A stretch of 64,000 nt of DNA from Truepera sp. (GCA_965218435.1 CBDCKW010000009.1:1952001-2016000), one strand, 5' to 3'. Shown: positions 38,410-48,767, numbered from the stretch's first letter. The notes: generated by a model not told the origin, from the sequence alone. Numbers and translations: made by a program.

Positions 38410-38439
38410 ACCCTAGCCTTTGGTTAGGGTTTTTCTTTT
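38410..38439 (+). terminator. Intrinsic terminator (attenuator) upstream of leuS
   Basis: ACCCTAGCC-TTT-GGTTAGGGT followed by TTTTCTTTT. Confidence 0.78.
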
Positions 38440-38470
38440 GCACACTCTTCTCAACTATAGTGGAGACATC

Positions 38471-40984
38471 ATGACGACCGAACCTGCCACACCCACGCCC
38501 TACCGCTCCGAGCGTTACAACCCGCAAGAGATCGAACCCAAATGGCAACAACGCTGGGCCGACGCTAAAATGTACGAGACCGACTTGGAGAGTGGCCGTG
38601 AGCCCTTTTACTACCTGACCATGTACCCGTACCCGTCGGGTGACCTGCACATTGGCCACTGGTACGCCTTCGCCCTGCCTGACGCTTACGCGCGGTTTCA
38701 GCGGATGCACGGCCTGAACGTCCTCTTTCCAATGGGCTTTGACGCTTTCGGTTTGCCCGCTGAGAACGCTGCGGTTAAGGCCGCGAGAGAGGGCCGCAAC
38801 GTCCACCCGGCGACCCTGACGTATGAACGCATTGCCCGGATGGAAGCGCAGTTTAAGCAGATGGGCGCGTCGTTCGACTGGTCAAAAAAGGTCGTCACCT
38901 GCGACCCCGACTATTACCGCTGGAATCAACTGTTTTTCTTGAAACTGTTTGACCGCGAGCTGGCCTACCGCAAAGAGTCGTTCGTCAATTGGGACCCGGT
39001 AGACCAGACGGTACTGGCGAACGAGCAGGTCATCAATGGACGCGGCGACCGGTCGGGCGCACTGATTGAACGCCGGTTGATGCCGCAGTGGCACTTTAAG
39101 ATCACCGACTACGCCGACGAATTATTGGACTTTTCCAAACTCGACTGGCCCGAAAAGGTCAAGGTCATGCAGACCAACTGGATCGGCCGAAGTGAGGGCG
39201 CGGAGGTCACCTTTGAGAGTGAAGCAGGCGATTTCACCATCTTTACCACCCGGCCCGATACGCTCTGGGGCGTCACCTTTATGGTCTTGGCTCCAGAACA
39301 CCCGTTAGTAGAAAAACTGACGACGCCCGAACAGCAAGAAGAGATGACGAACTATGTCAAGGCTGCCTCGCACCTGAGCGAGATCGAACGGCAGTCCGAG
39401 GGTAAAGAGAAAACGGGCGTGTTTACGGGGTCATACGCGGTCAATCCGGTGAACGGCGCACAGGTGCCGATCTGGGTGGCCGACTACGTGATGATGGGGT
39501 ACGGCACCGGCGCGATTATGGCAGTGCCTTACGGCGACCAACGCGATTTTGAATTTGCCCGTGAGTTTGGCTTGGACATCATTCCAGTCATCAAACCGGA
39601 GGGTGACAGCAGCTACGACCCCGAAACGATGACCGAGGCGTACGCGGGTTCCGGCACGGTGATCAATAGCGGTCCGATTGACGGCACGGTTCATAACGGC
39701 GAAAAGGGCCGGAAGAGTCCGGCGATTGCTGCTGCGCTCGAGTATTTAGAAGCGAACGGCAGCGGCAAGAGCACCGTCACCTACCGCCTGCGCGACTGGC
39801 TCATCTCCCGTCAACGCTACTGGGGTACGCCGATTCCCGTCTTGTACTGCGACGCGTGCGGCTTAGTCCCTGAACGAGAAGAAAACTTGCCCATCGTCCT
39901 GCCCGAAGACGTCGCGTTTATGCCGACGGGTGAATCCCCCTTAAAACACAACGAAGCCTTTTTACACGCCACCTGCCCCAAATGCGGCGGCCCCGCCACC
40001 CGCGAAACCGACACGATGGACACCTTTGTAGATTCGTCGTGGTACTGGTTTCGCTACCTCTCCCCGCACCAAGACGACGCGCCAATAGATAAAGCTTTGG
40101 CCGCCAAGTGGACGCCCGTCGAGCAGTACACCGGCGGCGTCGAGCACGCGATTTTGCATCTGCTATACGCCCGCTTTTTTACCAAAGCTATCCGCGATTT
40201 AGGCTACATCGAAAACGACGAGCCGTTTCAGCGTCTGCGCAACCAGGGCATGATCTTGGGCGAAGACAACGAAAAGATGTCCAAATCGCGTGGCAACGTC
40301 ATCAATCCGGACGATTTGGTGAGCGAATACGGCGCGGATACGGTGCGTGCCTATCTGATGTTTATCGGGCCGTGGGAAGCGGGCGGGCCATGGAGCAGCA
40401 CCGGTATCGAGGGAATCGCCCGCTTTTTGAACCGCGTCTGGGCGCTACTGACCGAAGAGGCCAAAGGTGAGGGCACAGCAGACGAGGCCGCGCAAAAAGA
40501 GCTGCGCCGCGCCGTACACTACGCAACCAAAGAAGTGTCAGAAGATTTGGCGGGGTTGCAGTTCAATACCGCCATCGCTGAGTTGATGACCTTAACTAAC
40601 GCGATGGGTAAAGCCAAATCACCGGAGATGGTGGGGACGAGCGTGTGGCGAGAGGGCGTCCAAAAACTGCTCTTACTGCTGGCTCCCATTGCCCCCCACA
40701 TTGCCGATGAGCTGTGGGAACGGCGTGGGTTTACGGATTCGGTGCATCAGCAGCCGTGGCCGGAGTACGACCCTGCCGCCTTAGAACAAGACACCATCAC
40801 GGTTGCGGTGCAGGTGAGCGGCAAGCGGCGCGGTGAGGTGACAGTGCCTAAAGACGCGGATAAAGACACGGTGTTAGCAGCGGCAAAAGCTGAGCCTAAT
40901 GTGGCGCGGCACGTCGAGGGGAAAGAGATTGTCCGGGAGATTGTCGTTCCGGGGCGGCTCGTGAACATCGTCGTTAAAGGGTAG
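38471..40984 (+). CDS. leuS: Leucine--tRNA ligase
   Basis: [20 protein letters not shown] editing domain, [24 protein letters not shown] before ATG 38471. Confidence 0.98.
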   Translation: MTTEPATPTPYRSERYNPQEIEPKWQQRWADAKMYETDLESGREPFYYLTMYPYPSGDLHIGHWYAFALPDAYARFQRMHGLNVLFPMGFDAFGLPAENAAVKAAREGRNVHPATLTYERIARMEAQFKQMGASFDWSKKVVTCDPDYYRWNQLFFLKLFDRELAYRKESFVNWDPVDQTVLANEQVINGRGDRSGALIERRLMPQWHFKITDYADELLDFSKLDWPEKVKVMQTNWIGRSEGAEVTFESEAGDFTIFTTRPDTLWGVTFMVLAPEHPLVEKLTTPEQQEEMTNYVKAASHLSEIERQSEGKEKTGVFTGSYAVNPVNGAQVPIWVADYVMMGYGTGAIMAVPYGDQRDFEFAREFGLDIIPVIKPEGDSSYDPETMTEAYAGSGTVINSGPIDGTVHNGEKGRKSPAIAAALEYLEANGSGKSTVTYRLRDWLISRQRYWGTPIPVLYCDACGLVPEREENLPIVLPEDVAFMPTGESPLKHNEAFLHATCPKCGGPATRETDTMDTFVDSSWYWFRYLSPHQDDAPIDKALAAKWTPVEQYTGGVEHAILHLLYARFFTKAIRDLGYIENDEPFQRLRNQGMILGEDNEKMSKSRGNVINPDDLVSEYGADTVRAYLMFIGPWEAGGPWSSTGIEGIARFLNRVWALLTEEAKGEGTADEAAQKELRRAVHYATKEVSEDLAGLQFNTAIAELMTLTNAMGKAKSPEMVGTSVWREGVQKLLLLLAPIAPHIADELWERRGFTDSVHQQPWPEYDPAALEQDTITVAVQVSGKRRGEVTVPKDADKDTVLAAAKAEPNVARHVEGKEIVREIVVPGRLVNIVVKG

Positions 40985-41010
40985 AAATTTCTACTCTTTC
41001 AGAAAGATGT

Positions 41011-41907
41011 ATGAACTATCACCCTCGAGCCCTCATACCCAACCGCGACTTGGAAACCGTACAAGCCGTGATTCGGGCGGCTCGAGCCCCCGATCACCTG
41101 CACGACTACCCCAGCCCGGAAGACCTCTATGAGATCGTCGGCGTGCCGGACAACCGTGAAACCTTTCGGGTATGGGAAGATGCCCAGGCCCAAATGGTAG
41201 CTTATGCGTTCGTCAGCACCTTTGATAACTTTTACTTCGACATCGTTCCGGGGGTTGAGGCAGCGCCACTGATACGTGAACTCGTGTCGTGGGGTGAGAC
41301 GTGTTTAGAAAAACGCAAAGCTCAGACCGGCCAACCGCACACGCTTGACGCGAGTTGCTTAGAAGGTGACATCAAACGGCTCGAGCTTTTAGAAACGAAC
41401 GGCTTTGAGCGTGGTGACCTGCGAACGCTGAAGTTTGAACGGGCCTTGGAGATACCTGTTCGTCACAACCCATTTCCAAAAGGCTTTTCGCTCCGTCACA
41501 CAAGTGGTGAGGAAGAAGCTGAAGCTATCGTCACGCTCCACCGCGCCGCTTTTGGAACGGACTATCTGACCCTGGACGAGCGGCTGGCTATCATGCGTGC
41601 CCCGAATTATGATCCGGCACTCGACTTGCTGGCCGTAGCAGAAGACGGGACGCTTGCCGGTTACCTGACGTGCAGTTTAGAAGGAACAACCGGATTTACG
41701 GACCTGCTGGCGGTTCATCCTAAGTTTCAGCAGCGAGGTCTGGCTAAAGCACTGCTCAGCGCGGGTTTAGCAGCCCGCGCTGAGCGGGGTGCCAAGCGTG
41801 CCTCGTTAGGAACGAGTAGCCAGAATAGAGCGATGATCCGCGTCGCTGAAGATATGGGGTTTGGGATAACGAAAGTGAAGCTGTGGCTGAGTAAGGCTGC
41901 TTGGTAG
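41011..41907 (+). CDS. Tandem GNAT acetyltransferase
   Basis: LAVHPKFQQRGLAKAL; N..M....GF. Confidence 0.82.
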   Translation: MNYHPRALIPNRDLETVQAVIRAARAPDHLHDYPSPEDLYEIVGVPDNRETFRVWEDAQAQMVAYAFVSTFDNFYFDIVPGVEAAPLIRELVSWGETCLEKRKAQTGQPHTLDASCLEGDIKRLELLETNGFERGDLRTLKFERALEIPVRHNPFPKGFSLRHTSGEEEAEAIVTLHRAAFGTDYLTLDERLAIMRAPNYDPALDLLAVAEDGTLAGYLTCSLEGTTGFTDLLAVHPKFQQRGLAKALLSAGLAARAERGAKRASLGTSSQNRAMIRVAEDMGFGITKVKLWLSKAAW

Positions 41908-41950
41908 CTGATTTCAGGGCGACCTCGAGCCTCCTGACCTGAACTAAAGT

Positions 41951-42541
41951 TTAGACCAGCTGAAACCCAAAACTCTGCGCCAACTCAACCACATTCGGCA
42001 CACTGAGGCCCATTACATTGAAGTAGCACCCCCGCACCTCGCGCACTAGCGCCGACCCATAGCCCTGAATCGCATATCCCCCGGCCTTATCGAGCCCTTC
42101 GCCGGTTTCAACGTAACGTTCAATCTCACCTTCGGAGAGTTTGCGAAAACGCACGGCGGTTTGCACTACCCTATCGGCGCGTTTGTCGCCAAGGACAAAG
42201 GTGTGACCGGTAAAGACCGCGTGGGTGTGCCCCGAGAGGCGCGTGATGAACTCGAGGTTCTCCTCTTTACTCTCAGGCTTGCCCATAATTTCATCACGGT
42301 AAACGACTACGGTATCAGCCGCGAGAACGAGCGCGTCCGGGTAGGTTTGAGCTACGGCGTCCGCTTTGGCGGTGCTGAGGCGGCGCACGAGGTCAAAGGG
42401 ATTGTCCTGAGTCGTAAAGCTTTCGTCAACGTCAGCGGGGATGACCTCGAAAGTGAGATTGAGTTTGGTTAAGAGTTCGGCGCGGCGTGGAGAGGCGCTC
42501 GCTAAAATCAGGGGTGGGGTTGGAGCTTGAGAAAGTGCCAT
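41951..42541 (-). CDS. maf: Maf family nucleoside triphosphate pyrophosphatase
   Basis: LILASASPRR, LAADTVV, GKP, DKAGGYAIQG, NVMGL; TAGACT-N6-ATG. Confidence 0.93.
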   Translation of the reverse strand: MALSQAPTPPLILASASPRRAELLTKLNLTFEVIPADVDESFTTQDNPFDLVRRLSTAKADAVAQTYPDALVLAADTVVVYRDEIMGKPESKEENLEFITRLSGHTHAVFTGHTFVLGDKRADRVVQTAVRFRKLSEGEIERYVETGEGLDKAGGYAIQGYGSALVREVRGCYFNVMGLSVPNVVELAQSFGFQLV

Positions 42542-42573
42542 CTTGATAGTCTACCGGACGGCGCACAGGGCGC

Positions 42574-42951
42574 TTATTTTGCGTGACGCTTAAAGAGCCC
42601 ACGATCTTTCCACACTCCGTTTAGCAGGTAGCTGCTCCTCGCCCGCTCCTAAAACTGAAAGCCGTTTTAAAGCATTACAAGCTGTAAGCCGATATTTGCG
42701 GGCGAGGTCATCCCCTCGAGCCTATGCAACCCGTAAACCTCAAACGCATCGTTGACAACCCTTTTAACTGCCTCCGTTGCGTAGCCCTCACCCGTATGCC
42801 TTTCGGCGGTGATGCGCTCGAGGGTCTTGCGGTTGTAGTACTCGTCGCCGAAGCCCGCGATAGAGCGTTCAAAGTAAGCCCGGTTTTCCGTTTCAAACTG
42901 TCATTCAGTCACGTCGGCCCCGTCAACCGGGTGCAGCGTCATCTTAGGCAT
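42574..42951 (-). pseudogene. RimJ/RimL-like GNAT acetyltransferase pseudogene
   Basis: One frame reads FETENRAYFE..RHTGEGYATEAV..FEVYGLHRLEG..PANIG..*NGFQF*..LLNGVWKD, with 3 internal stops. Confidence 0.8.
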
Positions 42952-43058
42952 GACTTTAGGGTAGCACCACCCTCGCACCAACTTATTGACAACTTCCCAC
43001 CCACACATCACACCCTGTAAACGACGAAAATCTACGCTCCACACCCGTATTCTGAAGT

Positions 43059-44876
43059 ATGTACCCTGACCTGAAAAGCTTCGTAACTGCGCTTGAACGG
43101 CGCGGCGAACTGCTCCGCATTTCTGAACCCGTCTCAGCAGAGCTCGAGATTACCGAAATCGCCGACCGAATGGTGAAATCAGGCGGCCCCGCGCTCTTGT
43201 TTGAAAACGTTGTCGGCAAAGATTTCCCGCTGGTCATCGGGCTTTACGGCACCCGTGAGCGGATGGCGCTGGCGCTTGGGGCACCGAGTCTGGACGCCAT
43301 CGGCGACCGTATCCGCGACCTGTTAGATGTCAAACTCGGCGGTGGCTTGTTCGGTTTAGCGTCGAACCTGCCGAAACTCAAGGAACTTGCGGCGCTGCCG
43401 CCCAAACGCGTGCGTAGCGGCCCGGTGCAAGAGGTTGTCTGGCGTGGTGACGAAGTGGATTTGACGAAGTTACCAGTGCTGAAGTGCTGGCCGGGAGACG
43501 GTGGCCCCTTCATCACCTTGCCGCTGGTGATTTCCAACGACCCTGAAACCGGCGACACCAATATCGGCATGTACCGAATGCAGGTGTACGACAAAAACAC
43601 GACCGGAATGCACTGGCAGCGGCACAAAACCGGGGCGCGGCATCTGGAACGGGCGAAAAAACTGGGTCAGAGGCTCGAGGTTGCCGTCGCCTTAGGCGGT
43701 GACCCGGCCCTGACCTACGCGGCGACCGCGCCCATCCCGCCGATTCCGAGGATCAACGAGTTTTCACTGACCGGATTTTTACGCGGCAAGTCTCTCGAGC
43801 TGACTAAAGGTGTGACGGTTGACCTCGAGGTTCCCGCCCACGCCGAGTTTGTGCTCGAGGGCTACATCGACCCGAGTGAACCGTGGCGTACCGAAGGGCC
43901 GTTCGGCGACCACACCGGCTTTTATACGCTTCAAGACCTCTATCCGGTGTTTCACGTCACCGCCGTCACGATGCGAAAAAACCCTATCTATCCGGCGACC
44001 ATCGTAGGTCGCCCACCGATGGAAGACGCGTATCTGATTGAAGCGTCCGAGCGCATTTTTCTCGTTCCCGCACAGCTTATCATGCCCGAGCTCCTCGATT
44101 ATCACCTACCGCCCGCCGGAATTGCCCACAATCTGGTCAATGTGGTTATCAAAAAAGAGTATCCAGGCCAAGCGTACAAAGTTGCCAACGGGCTGATCGG
44201 TCTCGGTCAGATGATGTTTGCCAAGGTTCTGCTCGTGACCGATGAACCGGTCAAACCGCAAGAACATCTAACCTTTTGGCGCACCGTTCTTAGAAACGCT
44301 GTACCGGGCCGCGACTCGCAGTTTGCCAAAGGGCCGATTGATGTACTCGACCACTCATCACGGTCGTGGAGTTACGGCAGCAAGCTCATCGTAGACGGCA
44401 CCGTAAAACACGATGAAGAGGGAACAAACGCCGCTTGGACACCGAACTTAGAGCGTGCTCAAGCCCACTTGCCGAGTCACCCGGACGTTAAAGGGCAGCA
44501 GCAAATTGCCGGTGGATTTTGGTTTTTAACGACGAAGAAAACGAGGGCAGGACAAGGTAAAGATTTGGCTTTGTGGGCCGCGCAGCAACCTGAAGGGGAG
44601 GGTGTAAGGCTCATCGCTGTTTTAGATGACGGAACTGACCCGACTGACTTTGAAGACGCGATTTGGACGATGCTCAACAACATCGACCCGGAACGTGATG
44701 TGCAGATTTTAGAGTGCGAACATGGACCGGTCTTTGCGGTAGATGGGACACCCAAACTCAAAGAGGAAGGCTTTAGCCGTGAGTGGCCGGAGAAGATTAC
44801 GATGAGCAGCGAAGTTAAAAAACGGGTGGACGAACGCTGGTCGGAGCTTGTCGCAGAGGCAATTCCAGCCGACTAG
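43059..44876 (+). CDS. UbiD-family decarboxylase, menaquinone biosynthesis (MqnL-like)
   Basis: GGPALLFEN, NIGMYRMQ, MHWQRHK, EGPFGDHTGFY, GRPPMED; duplicated C-terminal domain. Confidence 0.88.
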   Translation: MYPDLKSFVTALERRGELLRISEPVSAELEITEIADRMVKSGGPALLFENVVGKDFPLVIGLYGTRERMALALGAPSLDAIGDRIRDLLDVKLGGGLFGLASNLPKLKELAALPPKRVRSGPVQEVVWRGDEVDLTKLPVLKCWPGDGGPFITLPLVISNDPETGDTNIGMYRMQVYDKNTTGMHWQRHKTGARHLERAKKLGQRLEVAVALGGDPALTYAATAPIPPIPRINEFSLTGFLRGKSLELTKGVTVDLEVPAHAEFVLEGYIDPSEPWRTEGPFGDHTGFYTLQDLYPVFHVTAVTMRKNPIYPATIVGRPPMEDAYLIEASERIFLVPAQLIMPELLDYHLPPAGIAHNLVNVVIKKEYPGQAYKVANGLIGLGQMMFAKVLLVTDEPVKPQEHLTFWRTVLRNAVPGRDSQFAKGPIDVLDHSSRSWSYGSKLIVDGTVKHDEEGTNAAWTPNLERAQAHLPSHPDVKGQQQIAGGFWFLTTKKTRAGQGKDLALWAAQQPEGEGVRLIAVLDDGTDPTDFEDAIWTMLNNIDPERDVQILECEHGPVFAVDGTPKLKEEGFSREWPEKITMSSEVKKRVDERWSELVAEAIPAD

Positions 44877-45388
44877 ACGTATGGCTGAGAGGTTTCTTTC
44901 AGCCATGTCAATACCTGTTCAGCTACCTCATCAGGGGTCATGCCAGTATCAACGCGCCGCGCAATCATCTTACGCAGTACGTCGGCGTCCTGAAACGCTT
45001 CTTCTAAACGTTTCCCCTGCCAACCTCGCCGTTGTAGACGCTCCAGCCGGACGTTATCAGCGCAGTCTAGCAGCAACCACTCGAGCCCCTCACACCAGTC
45101 CGGCAGCACCTTCTTCGCGTAATCGCTCGGGTCAGCCGGGGTAAACAGCACCGGGATTTGATTGTTCCGAAATATAGCGTGCAGAAGGCTAAACCACAGC
45201 TCGCCATACGGTTCCCAGCTCTCCGGGGCAAAACGAATATCTTGTCCATAGAGTGCCGACGCGGGCGCGGCCAACCAGTCGATGTCAAAGAAGACAAACG
45301 GTGACTTTAACCTTAGCAGCGTCTCAACTGTCGTAGATTTTCCGGCACCGGGCGCACCTGTGACTAAGTGGAGCACATATTTTGTCAT
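44873..45388 (-). CDS. Small P-loop kinase / AAA_33-like protein
   Basis: VTGAPGAGKST, FDID, R..RL..R lid. Confidence 0.78.
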   Translation of the reverse strand: MTKYVLHLVTGAPGAGKSTTVETLLRLKSPFVFFDIDWLAAPASALYGQDIRFAPESWEPYGELWFSLLHAIFRNNQIPVLFTPADPSDYAKKVLPDWCEGLEWLLLDCADNVRLERLQRRGWQGKRLEEAFQDADVLRKMIARRVDTGMTPDEVAEQVLTWLKETSQPYV

Positions 45389-45945
45389 GTTCCGCTACGC
45401 TGAAACCCGCTGAGCAGCGCCTCTAATCCCCGCTCAAACCCACCTTGGGGACCGCTCGAGCCAAACTGCCCACTGCGTTCCAAAAGTGCAAACCCATGTA
45501 GGTACGACCAGAATGCGACAGCGGCGGCGGTATCGTCCGGGTCTCCAGTCATAGCGCCGACAACTTTTAGCACTTCGTTCCAAAGGTCTTTAGCAGGGCC
45601 GGGTTCAGCGGTGTAGGGCTCTCGAGGACGTACCAATAGTGAATAGAGATGCGGATGAGCACGGGTGTACCCGAGGTAGCTGTACGCCGCCGCGAAAAAC
45701 GCTTCAGCTGGCCCCGGCCCTTTGACAGCGTGGCAAATCGCTTGCTGAAGTTCACGGGTGGCGTGGGTCTCGAGCGCCTTTAAGAGCGCGTCTCGTTCGG
45801 GAAAGTAGCGGTATAAGCTGCTCGGCCTTACGCCTAGCGCAGCGGCTAAGGGCCGCATACTGAGCGCGTCCGGCCCGCCTGTTTCAAAGAGGTTTAAGGC
45901 GGTAGCGAAGATCGTTTCAGCGGTCAATTTCGTGGGGTAAGGCAT
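45385..45945 (-). CDS. TetR family regulator (WHG-type C-terminus)
   Basis: LSMRPLAAALGVRPSSLYRYF, WSYLHG; real start MPYPTK with TACACT-N7-ATG. Confidence 0.9.
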   Translation of the reverse strand: MPYPTKLTAETIFATALNLFETGGPDALSMRPLAAALGVRPSSLYRYFPERDALLKALETHATRELQQAICHAVKGPGPAEAFFAAAYSYLGYTRAHPHLYSLLVRPREPYTAEPGPAKDLWNEVLKVVGAMTGDPDDTAAAVAFWSYLHGFALLERSGQFGSSGPQGGFERGLEALLSGFQRSGT

Positions 45946-45947
45946 CT

Positions 45948-46018
45948 CGAACAGTGTACGTCTTGACGAGCTACAGTGCAAGGTGTACAGTGTTCGTGTT
46001 GAGAGCGTACAGCGTACG
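45948..46018. promoter_or_regulatory. Three palindromic TetR-type operators overlapping divergent promoters
   Basis: CGAACAGTGTACG (45948), TGTACAGTGTTCG (45984), CGTACAGCGTACG (46006); TTGACG-N17-TACAGT. Confidence 0.75.
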
Positions 46019-46035
46019 CCTTTAAGGAGAAGACG

Positions 46036-46743
46036 ATGAATCTGAAACAGCATAGCCCTCACCTCTACCGCCTCGTCCGCTACGGCCTCATTAACGTCTA
46101 TCTGGTGCTCGAGGACGACGGCCTCACTGTTGTTGATACCGCTGTCTCCGGCACTGAAGCGCATATTGCTAAGGCCGTTGAGAAACTCGGGCAACCCGTC
46201 CGCCGCATCTTGCTGACGCACGCCCACCTTGACCACGTTGGCAGTTTGGACGCACTACACGCGCTTTATCCAGACGCCGAAGTTATCATCAGCGCCCGCG
46301 ACGCACGGTTTTTGGCGGGCGACATGTCGCTTGATGAGCGTGAACCGCAGGTCAAGCTGCGCGGCGGCTTTCCTACTGTGCAAACCCGTCCGACACGGTT
46401 ATTAGAGGACGGTGATGCTATCGGCAGTTTGCGTGCGGTCGCGTCACCCGGACACACGCCGGGGCATATGAGCTTTTGGGACACGCGGGACGGAACCTTG
46501 ATCGCTGGCGACGCCTTTCAGACGCAGGCGGGGCTCGCCGTGGCCGGACAGCTGCGGCTACTCTTTCCCCTACCCGCACTGGCTACGTGGCACAAACCGA
46601 CAGCACTGAGGAGCGCCCGTAAACTTACGGCTTTGGAACCCAAGCTTCTAGCAGTTGGTCATGGGAAAGTGCTCGAGAACCCCGCAGCCGCGATGCGCCA
46701 TATTACGGAGAAGTTCGCACGGCATTTAGAAAGTAGCCGCTGA
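46036..46743 (+). CDS. Metallo-beta-lactamase-fold hydrolase
   Basis: THAHLDHVG, PGHTPGH, AGD, GHG. Confidence 0.93.
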   Translation: MNLKQHSPHLYRLVRYGLINVYLVLEDDGLTVVDTAVSGTEAHIAKAVEKLGQPVRRILLTHAHLDHVGSLDALHALYPDAEVIISARDARFLAGDMSLDEREPQVKLRGGFPTVQTRPTRLLEDGDAIGSLRAVASPGHTPGHMSFWDTRDGTLIAGDAFQTQAGLAVAGQLRLLFPLPALATWHKPTALRSARKLTALEPKLLAVGHGKVLENPAAAMRHITEKFARHLESSR

Positions 46744-47111
46744 TGCTTGCGCTTGCCCTGATTGCAGCGTTTGGCCTCGAGCTTGTGACCCTCGTCGCCT
46801 TTGGTCTCTGGGGCGTTTATTTCGGTCAGGATTTTTTAACGCGTTTTCTCTTGGGTGGGGGTGCGCCGCTCTTGGTTGCTGTCTTTTGGGGCACATTTCT
46901 CTCACCCAAAGCTGCGGTTCAGCTCTCTCCCCTACTCCAATCAGCCCTAAAGCTCGTCATTTTTGCGCTTGCGACAGCGGCGCTGATTGCCACCAGATAT
47001 GTCGTTTTAGGCGTAGCGTTCGGCAGCTTGGCCGTTACCGTGACGTTTGGACTGTACAGCTTAAGGTCTCAACTTGGGGCGTTTGGCAGCCCGCGACACC
47101 CCAGAACGTAA
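46743..47111 (+). CDS. YrdB/DUF2568-like membrane protein
   Basis: FGLEL..FGLWG, PL...FWG.F.SPKA. Confidence 0.78.
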   Translation: MLALALIAAFGLELVTLVAFGLWGVYFGQDFLTRFLLGGGAPLLVAVFWGTFLSPKAAVQLSPLLQSALKLVIFALATAALIATRYVVLGVAFGSLAVTVTFGLYSLRSQLGAFGSPRHPRT

Positions 47112-47138
47112 GTAACCCAGCTTGCGCTACACTGAGCT

Positions 47139-47546
47139 GTGCTGCTCGACTCCGACGAATATCACCGCTGGTTAGGACAAGCTGAGCATACGCTTGCGTC
47201 GGCACAGCGGGACACAGCTGAAGGTGATTTCGATTGGGCGTGTTTTAAGGCGCAGCAGGCTGGGGAATACGCACTCAAGGCGCTTTTACGCGGCCTCAGC
47301 AGACCCGCTTACGGTCATTCTCTAACCCGGTTACTCACCCAGCTAGGTGAGGCGGGGCTCACACTAGACCCTGAAATCACACGAGCAGGACAGCTTTTAG
47401 ACCGTCACTACATTCCCACACGCTATCCCGACGCCTACGCTGAAGGCAGCCCCCACGAGTTTTACGACGACCAAACCTCTAAGGAGGCGCAAAATGCAGC
47501 CGCTCGCATCGTCAGCTGGGTACAAGGCGCTTCTCAGAGAGCGTAA
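47139..47546 (+). CDS. HEPN domain protein
   Basis: WACFKAQQAGEYALKA, GHSL, LDRHYIPTRYPD; TACACT-N5-GTG. Confidence 0.88.
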   Translation: MLLDSDEYHRWLGQAEHTLASAQRDTAEGDFDWACFKAQQAGEYALKALLRGLSRPAYGHSLTRLLTQLGEAGLTLDPEITRAGQLLDRHYIPTRYPDAYAEGSPHEFYDDQTSKEAQNAAARIVSWVQGASQRA

Positions 47547-47844
47547 AGAGGAGCAAGAGGCGCTGATTGACGAGGCTCACGCCTACGCCGCGCGGCTACG
47601 CCGCGATTTTCCGCCCGCCCGTGTCTTTCTCTACGGTTCGGTCTCCAGAGGTGACTTCAACCTTCACAGCGATATTGACCTGCTCGTCGTGGCAGAGTTG
47701 CCGGAACATCCGCTGGTTAGGGCCGAGGTTTTGTACCATTATGTTCGGGGGCGCGAAGAACCCAAAGGGTTGACTTTTAGTGAATTCGACAAGCTGATAG
47801 CTGCAAGGAAGCTCGAGTATTTAGCGGGCGCACTCGAGCTTTAG
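47494..47844 (+). CDS. Minimal nucleotidyltransferase (MNT)
   Basis: LYGSVSRGDF..SDIDLLVV; start uncertain. Confidence 0.85.
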   Translation: MQPLASSAGYKALLRERKEEQEALIDEAHAYAARLRRDFPPARVFLYGSVSRGDFNLHSDIDLLVVAELPEHPLVRAEVLYHYVRGREEPKGLTFSEFDKLIAARKLEYLAGALEL

Positions 47845-48491
47845 AGGAGTGACACCGCTGCTAGCACGCCGAGCTTAGGGCTACTCAGTACCGGTTTTTT
47901 AGTTTTTACCAACGCCTCAGCCCCTGCCATGGACGCTTGCGCCAAGGCCACCACGTCGCCTTGCGCCGCTACAGTGTCTACGTGCGCCGCGATAGCCCGT
48001 AGATAAGCGGTTTCGTCGCCGCGTTCAAACCATCCCCAAGCATCAGCCGCGTGAGACAAGGTGAACGTCACCGCCTTGCCGGTACACGCCGCTTCGTTTT
48101 CAAAAAGTTCTCGAGTCGGCTCCAGCGTGCTCGCCAGCGCCGCCACGATTACGACGTGCGAACCCTGTAGGGCGGCAGCTTGGGCAAGGGGCCGGTCAAT
48201 CCGCACGACCGGTTGTGACAACGTCTCCCCCAATGTTTCAGCGTGCGCGCCGAACGTCGAGCAGGTACAGAGCACTACGTCGGTCGAGGCTGCAAAGTCT
48301 GTAAAAGACGTAGCAAACTTTTCAGCTAAGGTTGCGTCAACGCCACCTTGGGCTCGAGCCTCCGCCAACAGGTCTTCGCAGACGATATGCTCAGCTTGGG
48401 CTTCGGGGGCCAACTCACGCAGCAGCGACGCAAACCTCGGCACATGCGACGCTGCAGTATGAAATAAACCTAACGTCTTTTTAATGCTCAC
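47841..48491 (-). CDS. Aspartate/glutamate racemase-like protein
   Basis: LCTCSTFG, RID, LAQASM. Confidence 0.75.
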   Translation of the reverse strand: MSIKKTLGLFHTAASHVPRFASLLRELAPEAQAEHIVCEDLLAEARAQGGVDATLAEKFATSFTDFAASTDVVLCTCSTFGAHAETLGETLSQPVVRIDRPLAQAAALQGSHVVIVAALASTLEPTRELFENEAACTGKAVTFTLSHAADAWGWFERGDETAYLRAIAAHVDTVAAQGDVVALAQASMAGAEALVKTKKPVLSSPKLGVLAAVSLL

Positions 48492-48678
48492 CAGGGGGCG
48501 GCACGCTGTCCCCTTCGGTGCCGCCCCACTCCTCTTCGTTGGCTACATCTTGCTTGTAGCTCTCCCAGGCGCGCTCACGGTAGTCGGCCTCGTCGCCACC
48601 TTCTAACTTGATCCCGGTACGCTCTTCAATCTCGTCTAGGGGCAGTTCAAAAAATGCTTCACGGCTCATCGCTTCCAT
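48481..48678 (-). CDS. Small acidic hypothetical protein
   Basis: GAGGAG RBS; overlaps the downstream start. Confidence 0.65.
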   Translation of the reverse strand: MEAMSREAFFELPLDEIEERTGIKLEGGDEADYRERAWESYKQDVANEEEWGGTEGDSVPPPGEH

Positions 48679-48767
48679 ACTGACTCCTCAAGGTTTAAGT
48701 GTCTTTAAGTTTATGCCATATCACCGCCTGACGTTTGAAGTGTAACTTGAAGTGTGTGAAATGCAGG

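Noticed and set aside
38331..38470. T-box upstream of leuS
   Set aside because: Leader too short and lacks the AAnnnGGGTGGnACCGCG-type T-box motif; it fits peptide attenuation instead.
42724..43020. + strand 98-aa ORF
   Set aside because: Antisense shadow of the RimJ-like pseudogene.
45946..46236. Long N-terminal extension of TetR in the ORF track
   Set aside because: Overlaps the divergent MBL gene; the real start is at 45945.
46036..46743. Beta-lactamase resistance gene
   Set aside because: Cytoplasmic generic MBL-fold hydrolase with no signal peptide; the fold alone does not support the call.
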